This document shows positions 1 through 10,425 of a DNA stretch of 27,458 nt, one piece after another. A model generated the notes under the pieces. It worked only from the letters and a program-made list of their open reading frames with translations. It did no database searches and was not told the DNA's origin. Position 1 is the stretch's first letter, and each line of letters starts with the position of its first letter. Made by a program: the position numbers and the translations under genes. Source of the DNA: Bugula neritina (lineage: Eukaryota; Animalia; Bryozoa); the NCBI GenBank assembly GCA_964035545.1, contig CAXIUT010000176.1, positions 1 to 27,458 of the forward strand, given 5' to 3'.

Positions 1-1
1 A

Positions 2-641
2 AACCTGCTTCAGTCATTGCAGACTATCACCGCCGTTTTGGAAAGTGATCCCGCGTTGAATGATAAAAATAATCCTGAGCCTTCACCGGCCCAGTTATTA
101 TTAAAAAAACAGTTGCCCTATATTACACAACGTATGCAGTTGGCCTTGGATAAATTGCGTGATCCAGAAGATGTAACGATTGAGCATATGTCACTGGAAA
201 ACTGGTGGAAGAAATTACAACATCGAATAAAGTCTGACGAGATAAAATTTCAGGCGCATGTTAAATCTAACCCTATTATTCCATTTGATCTTTTTGATAG
301 CGTCATTGAAAACTTATTAGAAAATGCCAGTTTTAAAGACAACTTGATCCTGATTTAAAAATCATTATTTCATTAATGACAGAGGATACGAACGTCAAAC
401 TTTCGATCTGCGATTCTGGTATTCCCATAGAAGAGACGATCGTTGAAAAACTATTTCAACAACCAATGAATTCAAAAAGTGGCTTGGGGATTGGGCTATA
501 CCAGGCTGCCCGTCAAGCTGAATTAAATGGTTTCAAGTTAAAGCTGATCCACAACGAGAGAGGCCGTGTTTGCTTTCAACTTTCAATAAAAAACAACGTG
601 GAGATGAGACGGATCAATATAATTTATTCCCGTGAGTTGTG

Positions 642-645
<4 letters not shown>
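2..645 (+). CDS. Sensor histidine kinase, C-terminal part (5'-truncated by the window; one apparent frameshift at ~333-340)
   Basis: The frame from base 2 reads NLLQSLQT (just after an H-box), then N-box VIENLLENA. Restoring one A in 'ttttaaagacaac' joins ORF 376..645, which has the G1 box ICDSG, F box and G2 box GLGIGLYQ of a HATPase_c domain. Confidence 0.85.
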
Positions 646-3911
<3,266 letters not shown>

Positions 3912-3912
<1 letters not shown>

Positions 3913-4421
3913 TGAAGTTTGATTATAAAAATAAATTATTTTTCTTATTGATCTCAGCTTTGGTTTTGAGCCTTACAGGCTGCGGTTATCACCTTCGTGG
4001 TTCTAACGTAGCGAACGAGTTGGATGTCAACAGCGTCTATCTCGATGTGACCAACTCACCTCTAATTCTCCGTGAGTTAAGAGAACAACTTTCAGTTCGT
4101 GATGTGGCTATTAGTAATAGTCCTCAAAGTGCTGATCGTACTATCCGACTCAACAATGAGCGCTATGAACGCCGTACTTTATCTGTCGATGAAAGCACGG
4201 GTAAAGTGACCGAGTTTGAACTTGAATATAATGTTCGGTTAGAAATCCTCACGCCAGATGATAAATCGCTCGCCGAGCCGCAAGATATTTATTTGATCCG
4301 CGCTATCACGTTTGACCCGAACGCGACTCTCGGTAAATACGATGAGGAAGAACTGATCCGTCAAGACATGATCCGAAGTGCAGCAAATTCAATATTGTTG
4401 CGTCTGCAAGCGCTTAAATAA
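3912..4421 (+). CDS. lptE: LPS assembly lipoprotein LptE
   Basis: ATG overlaps the leuS stop. Lipobox LTGC followed by GYHLRG. Conserved leuS-lptE-holA order. Confidence 0.92.
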
Positions 4422-4476
4422 TTTGCATAGGCATTTACTATAAGTGGTAAATGAAATACAAAGAGTTTTCCTTCCT

Positions 4477-4542
4477 GAGATCATTCCTCCTAAAGTCATT
4501 ATGATGACCAATTCTCTGGTCCTGAGTATCGCGAAGGATCTC
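4477..4542. repeat. Degenerate palindromic (REP-like) element between lptE and holA
   Basis: gagatc(4477)...gatctc(4542) arms, extended by gagttt/aaactc and agtggt/accact pairs out to ~4443-4557. Confidence 0.4.
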
Positions 4543-4577
4543 AAACTCGAAACCACTAATGAGTTGAATATAAATAA

Positions 4578-5621
4578 ATGAAACTCAGACCAGAACAACT
4601 CAACGCAAATTTATCTAACGGGAATCTATCACCCGTCTACCTGATCACCGGTGACGAGCCATTGCAAATGATGGAAACCAGCGATCAAATCCGCAACGCC
4701 GCAAAACAACAAGGTTACATAGAACGAACTGTTGTTGAAGTGACAAAAAACTTTGACTGGAACACACTTTTTCAACAAGCAGATACGCTTTCACTTTTCG
4801 CGACACAACGTTTAATTGAACTACGGCTTGGCTCATTTAAACCCGGAATCAAAGGTGGAAAAGCGCTGATCGAATATTGTGAAAACCTTCCTCAAGATAC
4901 TTTGCTATTGATCACAGCTGATAAGATTGAGTCACAAAGTCAAAAAGCAAAATGGTTCAAGGCACTTGAAAACACGGGTGTCGTTATCCAGATCTGGCCT
5001 GTCGATGCGAAAGCCTTACCACAATGGATCATAAAACGATTTGCAGATCGCGGTCGTCAGATCACACAAGAAGCCGCAACGTATATTGCCGACAATGTAG
5101 AAGGGAATATGCTCGCTGCCAGTCAAGAAATCGAGATCATTTTATTACTCAGCGAACAAACAAAACTTGAACTGGATGATGTAATGACGATTGGAGACAG
5201 CAGTCGTTATGATGTTTTCAAATTGACTGATGCAATTTTAGAAGGACAAACTGATCGCGCGATCAGAATTTTAGACGGACTACGCAGCGAAGGTTTAGAA
5301 CCGATCATTATTCATTGGGCACTCAACCGAGAACTACATAGCCTGTATAAAATGGCCAAAGATATTGCCAGCGGAAACCGCATCGAAAATGTGATGCAAA
5401 AACATCGTGTCTGGTCGAATCGCAGCAACCAGATCAGAAATGCCCTGCAACGCCACAAACCCCGTGGCTTACAAGTTCTGATCAAATCTGCAGCTAAACT
5501 AGAACAAACCCTCAAAGGCGCAAACCAGATCAAAAATGCCGACGCCTGGACAGAAACCACCTGGCTTTGTATGAGAATGTCAGGTGTGAGGCTTGAGCAG
5601 GGTTTGTTGAAGGCTTTTTAA
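4578..5621 (+). CDS. holA: DNA polymerase III subunit delta
   Basis: PVYLITGDEPLQ, LSLFATQRLIEL, VEGNMLAASQEIE, LRSEGLEP, VWSNR. 347 aa, and synteny fits. Confidence 0.95.
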   Translation: MKLRPEQLNANLSNGNLSPVYLITGDEPLQMMETSDQIRNAAKQQGYIERTVVEVTKNFDWNTLFQQADTLSLFATQRLIELRLGSFKPGIKGGKALIEYCENLPQDTLLLITADKIESQSQKAKWFKALENTGVVIQIWPVDAKALPQWIIKRFADRGRQITQEAATYIADNVEGNMLAASQEIEIILLLSEQTKLELDDVMTIGDSSRYDVFKLTDAILEGQTDRAIRILDGLRSEGLEPIIIHWALNRELHSLYKMAKDIASGNRIENVMQKHRVWSNRSNQIRNALQRHKPRGLQVLIKSAAKLEQTLKGANQIKNADAWTETTWLCMRMSGVRLEQGLLKAF

Positions 5622-5672
5622 AAAATAGGACGATCTTATTTGCTAAATTAATGAGCTGGTTATTATTCTACA

Positions 5673-6380
5673 ATGTCATTTGTATTTATCACCATAATTG
5701 CACTAGTTGTATTAATCCATTTTTCGGATGAATCGAATAATGCCGGTTTTAAATGGATAGGAAGAATTCTTCCACCACTGTTCTTACTATATTTTATAAA
5801 GATACCATTCGACTTTATAACATCTATTTTATGGTTGATTGCAGGTGGTATTATGGTTTTTTCTGTCGTAAGCCTAGTACGACATATTTTAGATCTCATA
5901 CTAAAATTCCATATTGATAGAATTTTTTTACCGGAAAACTTGATAACCCTAATCCGACCTCTCCTCGCTATCATTTGTTTTTTTACAGCGACACATTTTG
6001 TTTCACTGTCTATTTACTCAGCAAATGCAAAAGCACTAGATCTAGCGTTAGATATGAGAGAGCATGTGAAAAGTTTTGGAACATGTAATGAAAGTAAACC
6101 CGATTGGGCAGAAATTAACCCTAAGTCTGAAGATTCAATCGAAATGAGATACGGTGAGTATGGTACTAAATATAGACTTGTATATCGTTGCAGGCCAGAG
6201 TATGAAAGTTATACATATTCGGTACGAATAAATCAGGATGAATCGTTCTTTGTTGTAGGCAAATTTGATGGATCTATCGAAGTAACTTACGGAGATTTTG
6301 GAGCACCTGTGAAAATTTCTCTCACGGAGAATATTGATCTAGATGAGCTTGCTAAAATGAAGATTGAGTATAAGAAGTAA
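5673..6380 (+). CDS. Hypothetical membrane protein (about four N-terminal hydrophobic segments plus a soluble C-terminal domain)
   Basis: Intact 235-aa AT-rich ORF with hydrophobic stretches in the first ~115 aa. No recognisable family motif. Confidence 0.7.
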   Translation: MSFVFITIIALVVLIHFSDESNNAGFKWIGRILPPLFLLYFIKIPFDFITSILWLIAGGIMVFSVVSLVRHILDLILKFHIDRIFLPENLITLIRPLLAIICFFTATHFVSLSIYSANAKALDLALDMREHVKSFGTCNESKPDWAEINPKSEDSIEMRYGEYGTKYRLVYRCRPEYESYTYSVRINQDESFFVVGKFDGSIEVTYGDFGAPVKISLTENIDLDELAKMKIEYKK

Positions 6381-6399
6381 CCACTTCTATGTTAGTCAC

Positions 6400-6465
6400 G
6401 TAGGTTAGTGATAGCGTAACCCAACATCAAAACTTGTAGGAATACGCTACGCTATTCCGACCTAC
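6400..6465. repeat. Inverted pair of GTAG-type REP sequences (REPIN-like)
   Basis: gtaggttagtgatagcgtaacccaaca (6400-6426, + orientation) and tgtaggaatacgctacgctattccgacctac (6435-6465; reverse strand GTAG-gtcggaatagcgtagcgtattcc). Confidence 0.7.
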
Positions 6466-6482
6466 GATAATGAGTTTTTCTT

Positions 6483-6697
6483 CCCCTTCTGTCTTGCCGG
6501 AAATGAAAAAAATTATAAGGTTATCTGGCATGGACGCCAGATAAGCGCCGTCATGACAGGAAGTCATGTTGGCGCGTTACCGTAAGATTTTTTTTCTTTT
6601 TCGGGAAGCCGCTAGGCCAAGACATTGAGGCAGGTTTCTTTTGGGTACTTTTCTTTGTCCGAAAAAGAAAAGTACCTCGCCATCAAGGCGGAACAGG
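6483..6697 (+). repeat. ~215-nt multi-branched structured element (MITE-like repeat or ncRNA) with GGA loops
   Basis: Nested complementary arms: tgtcttg/caagaca, ccggaaa-A-run/T-run-tcgg, ttatctggc-ATGGAC-gccagataa, gcgcc..catgac-AGGAA-gtcatg..ggcgc, a perfect 13-bp ggtacttttcttt/aaagaaaagtacc, and cgcc/ggcg. Confidence 0.7.
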
Positions 6698-6739
6698 ATC
6701 TGAATTTTGTGAATAATACAGCCATGTATTATATAAATT

Positions 6740-6770
6740 TGTCAGAATACGTTACGCTATTTTGACTCTA
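6740..6770 (-). repeat. Third, degenerate GTAG-type REP copy
   Basis: tgtcagaatacgttacgctattttgactcta aligns with 6435-6465 in the same orientation, with the hairpin preserved. Confidence 0.6.
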
Positions 6771-6788
6771 AGAACTCTCTAAAGATAA

Positions 6789-7079
6789 ATGAAAAAATTC
6801 AAAGTACTTATCAATGGTCAAAACTTCCTCGTTGACCTGGAAGGCAAGCTAGGCCGTTATGGTTTTTACTCAAATATGTTCGTCGAAGCAACAAATCCTG
6901 AGGATGCAGAAAATCTTGCAGTCCAGACGATTCGTGAAAAAGAAAACCTTCGCAAGAGCATAAAAAATTCTAGAGACGACCCACCTATGATTTATGCTGA
7001 TGAAATAGTTGAGCTTGAATCATTTGAGGGTATAGATAATCTCAACCAAGGGCTAAGTTGGTATGAAGAAAAAATCTAA
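6789..7079 (+). CDS. Small hypothetical protein (96 aa)
   Basis: Intact ATG-started ORF with globular, acidic composition. No motif recognised. Confidence 0.7.
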   Translation: MKKFKVLINGQNFLVDLEGKLGRYGFYSNMFVEATNPEDAENLAVQTIREKENLRKSIKNSRDDPPMIYADEIVELESFEGIDNLNQGLSWYEEKI

Positions 7080-7107
7080 CTGAACATAAAAATACCAACT
7101 AAAGACC

Positions 7108-8199
7108 CTACTTCCTAAACGTCCAATACCGCTGATCATTCTTAACGACAGATCCCAAACCAAAGCGATTTTCTGCTCGTTGTCCTGTTTGTAATAATGA
7201 AAAAATATCTTCCATAATGCGGCGATCTTCTGCGAAATAGCTGTGGCCTAGTAATCCTCCGGAAGCATCACTGGCATCAATCGTTTCTACACCATCAACC
7301 AGGACTAAACCAGCGCCTGCATCACCTGCTCGGGGATAGCCATGGAAAGCTCTTGAGGCTTTTAAGGCGCGATCATTTGATGATGCATAGAGCGTTGTGT
7401 GAATACCGGTTCGGGCGATCCGGGGTGCCATGTCTTTGCGAAAAACATCAGCATCGATATCGGGTGAGATCATGACGATTTCACGGAATAACGCGAGATA
7501 ACTTTTCGGCAGATCACTGGCGAGTTTTGTAAAACCATGACCGAGCACGCGGTTTCCCATGCTGTGCCCTACGAGATAAATATCTTTGGCTGGAATTTCT
7601 TCAAGCATGGTTTTCAGGAAATCGACGAAATGGGTTGTGCTCCACTGTGCATTAGTTTCATCTTCGGTATAACCTGTCAAAGTGCCTTGAGACGGCCAAC
7701 TATATAAAACCACGGGGCCGTTGAACTTCAAATCACTGGCAAACTGGGCAAGCACTCGTGAGGCTTCGGTGAATTCGACGTTATAACCATGCACAAAGAT
7801 CATCACTTTTTTATCTTGTGTTTCATTCACCGCTTCAGATAGGTTCAAGATAAAGTCTTCTTTTGGCTGTGTATTCACGTCTGTCACTTTGATGTGTTTA
7901 TGATCGACAGGCTCCCATTCAAATTTTAGTAGTGAAGGCTCCTCATGCTCTCCCATCAAATGACCCGCTGGTATGCCAACTTGCGTCACACCGTAATACC
8001 GATCACCTCTTTCGCCACTGAATGCTTTTTGTTCATTACGATCTGGTGCGCGGTCAGTATGAAAAAAGATGTCGACCAGGCTAGGTTCTAACTGAGCGGG
8101 TAATTTATCAGGTTGTAACAGAGCCGGGGAATTACAAGCGGAAATAAAAGTAACGATTAATATCGTCAGGAAGCATTTATAACAGTTTATTTTAAACAT
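7108..8199 (-). CDS. Alpha/beta hydrolase lipoprotein (DUF900/esterase-like)
   Basis: Lipobox ISAC, oxyanion motif IFVHGYN, YSWPSQG, nucleophile elbow GHSMG, YASSNDRAL, GHSYF. Confidence 0.88.
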   Translation of the reverse strand: MFKINCYKCFLTILIVTFISACNSPALLQPDKLPAQLEPSLVDIFFHTDRAPDRNEQKAFSGERGDRYYGVTQVGIPAGHLMGEHEEPSLLKFEWEPVDHKHIKVTDVNTQPKEDFILNLSEAVNETQDKKVMIFVHGYNVEFTEASRVLAQFASDLKFNGPVVLYSWPSQGTLTGYTEDETNAQWSTTHFVDFLKTMLEEIPAKDIYLVGHSMGNRVLGHGFTKLASDLPKSYLALFREIVMISPDIDADVFRKDMAPRIARTGIHTTLYASSNDRALKASRAFHGYPRAGDAGAGLVLVDGVETIDASDASGGLLGHSYFAEDRRIMEDIFSLLQTGQRAENRFGLGSVVKNDQRYWTFRK

Positions 8200-8345
8200 T
8201 GGGAAATTTTCTTTTCTAATATATTAATGAGGTTGTCGACTGGGACTTTAGATATAAGAAAATGTTCCAGAAGATTCTCAGGCAACTTTCGAAAGTGTGA
8301 ATGTGTTAGTATTTTCCGACAAAAATAATCTCAATAAGGATAAAA

Positions 8346-8657
8346 ATGAGTTTCGATCAATACGAACGAGTCAATCAAAACCCCAAATTCCAGAAGCTGG
8401 TAAATAAGCGCTCATGGTTAGCCTGGCGACTATCTTCGATCATTTTGTTGATGTATTTTTCGTTTATTTTATTGGTCGCTTTTGTACCAGAATTCCTCGG
8501 AACACCCATTAACGATACCAGTTTGATTACCATTGGTATTCCGATAGGTATTGCGATCATTTTTATCTCTTTTGTACTCACTGGTATTTACGTAAGAAAA
8601 GCGAATGGTGAATTTGACCGGCTTAATCAAGAGATAATAGACGAGTCACAAGAATGA
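8346..8657 (+). CDS. yjcH: DUF485 inner membrane protein YjcH
   Basis: [11 protein letters not shown], two TM helices, [18 protein letters not shown] aagga. Overlaps the actP start. Confidence 0.9.
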   Translation: MSFDQYERVNQNPKFQKLVNKRSWLAWRLSSIILLMYFSFILLVAFVPEFLGTPINDTSLITIGIPIGIAIIFISFVLTGIYVRKANGEFDRLNQEIIDESQE

Positions 8658-10306
8658 AAACGCTATTTATTCTGACGACATTACTTTTTTCACAACTCGC
8701 ATGGTGTGCTGATGCCATTCAAGGCGAAGTAGAAAAACAACCTTTAAACATCTCTGCCGTGATCATGTTTTTGATCTTCGTTGTAGCGACCTTGGGTATT
8801 ACCTACTGGGCGGCCAAACGCAATAAAACCGTAGCAGATCACTACACTGCAGGTGGTGGTATTACGGGCCTGCAAAATGGGCTAGCGATTGCGGGTGATT
8901 ATATGTCCGCCGCTTCTTTTTTAGGAATTTCTGGTCTCGTTTATTTATCGGGTTACGATGGATTGCTTTATTCAATTGGGTTTTTGATCGGCTGGCCATT
9001 AATCCTTTTTTTGATTGCGGAAAGACTGCGCAATCTTGGAAAATATACCTTTGCGGATGTCGCTTCTTATCGGCTCGGTCAAACACAAATTCGCTCTCTT
9101 GCGGCATTTGGGTCGCTTGCGGTGGTTTCACTCTATTTGATCGCACAAATGGTTGGTGCGGGGAAATTGATCCAGCTTTTATTTGGTTTACCTTATGAGA
9201 TGGCCGTTATTCTGGTCGGTATTTTGATGATCTTATATGTCACTTTTGGTGGTATGTTGGCTACAACCTGGGTGCAAATAATAAAAGCGATTCTGCTTTT
9301 GTCAGGTGCGAGTTTTATGGCTTTTATGGTATTGAAACATGTCAATTTTGATATCAATCAACTCTTTCAATTAGCAGTAGATGCTCACCCGAAAGGGATT
9401 GAAATCATGTCGCCTGGTGGCCTGGTTTCAGATCCGATCTCCGCGATTTCTCTAGGCATAGCATTAATTTTCGGTACGGCGGGTTTGCCTCATATATTGA
9501 TGCGGTTCTTTACCGTTGCAGATGCGAAAGAAGCACGGAAATCGGTATTTTATGCGACTGGATTTATTGGCTATTTTTATATCCTGACATTTGTGATCGG
9601 TTTTGGTGCCATCGTGCTTGTGCTCACCAATCCGCAATATTTAGAAGCCGGTGGAAAATTGATCGGCGGAAATAATATGGCAGCGATCCATTTATCCAAA
9701 GCGGTGGGAGGTGATCTTTTCCTAGGCTTTATTTCTGCCGTTGCATTTGCAACTATCCTCGCAGTTGTTTCAGGTTTAACTCTGGCGGGAGCATCTGCAA
9801 TCTCGCATGATCTTTACGCAAGTGTGATCAAAAAAGGACAGGTAACTGGGCAAGAAGAAATTCGTATTTCAAAAGTAGCGACCATTGTTATTGGAATTGT
9901 CGCGATTTTACTCGGCATTTTATTTGAACAGCAGAACGTTGCTTATATGGTCGGGTTAGCTTTTGCGATTGCTGCCAGTGTCAATTTCCCCGTACTTTTC
10001 TTGTCGATGTACTGGCAAAAACTCACGACTCGTGGGGCGTTTATTGGTGGTTTTGCCGGACTTTTAACAGCGATCATTTTAGTGATACTTGGCCCCATTG
10101 TCTGGGTTCAGATCCTCGGTAATGATGCCGCGATTTTCCCGTATAAATATCCTGCTTTATTCTCTGTTGGGATCGCGTTTCTTTTAATTTGGTTCTTTTC
10201 GATTACGGATAAAAGTGGAAGGGCTGAAAAAGAGCGCAAGCTGTTTGATCATCAATACATCCGATCACAAACGGGTATTGGTGCTCATGGTGCGACAGAA
10301 CACTAG
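8654..10306 (+). CDS. actP: Cation/acetate symporter ActP (SSS family)
   Basis: [45 protein letters not shown]-terminal RSQTGIGA. 550 aa, paired with yjcH. Confidence 0.95.
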   Translation: MKTLFILTTLLFSQLAWCADAIQGEVEKQPLNISAVIMFLIFVVATLGITYWAAKRNKTVADHYTAGGGITGLQNGLAIAGDYMSAASFLGISGLVYLSGYDGLLYSIGFLIGWPLILFLIAERLRNLGKYTFADVASYRLGQTQIRSLAAFGSLAVVSLYLIAQMVGAGKLIQLLFGLPYEMAVILVGILMILYVTFGGMLATTWVQIIKAILLLSGASFMAFMVLKHVNFDINQLFQLAVDAHPKGIEIMSPGGLVSDPISAISLGIALIFGTAGLPHILMRFFTVADAKEARKSVFYATGFIGYFYILTFVIGFGAIVLVLTNPQYLEAGGKLIGGNNMAAIHLSKAVGGDLFLGFISAVAFATILAVVSGLTLAGASAISHDLYASVIKKGQVTGQEEIRISKVATIVIGIVAILLGILFEQQNVAYMVGLAFAIAASVNFPVLFLSMYWQKLTTRGAFIGGFAGLLTAIILVILGPIVWVQILGNDAAIFPYKYPALFSVGIAFLLIWFFSITDKSGRAEKERKLFDHQYIRSQTGIGAHGATEH

Positions 10307-10347
10307 CCTTAATAATTTTCTTTCTTGACCTTAAATATGTTGCCAGG

Positions 10348-10391
10348 TTGGCATGCTTTTCGTATGAGTATTCTTAATTCATTTACTCATA
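10348..10391 (+). promoter_or_regulatory. Possible imperfect sigma54 site plus an inverted-repeat operator upstream of the GDH gene
   Basis: TTGGCAT-GCTTT-TCGT (GG-N10-GT instead of GC), then tatgagta-N13-tactcata (10363-10391). Confidence 0.3.
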
Positions 10392-10425
10392 ATTCACTTA
10401 GACAGAAAAGAATTAAGGCGGTGCC

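Noticed and set aside
6789-7079. REP-associated tyrosine transposase next to the REPs
   Set aside because: The protein has no histidine at all, so no HUH motif, and is too short.
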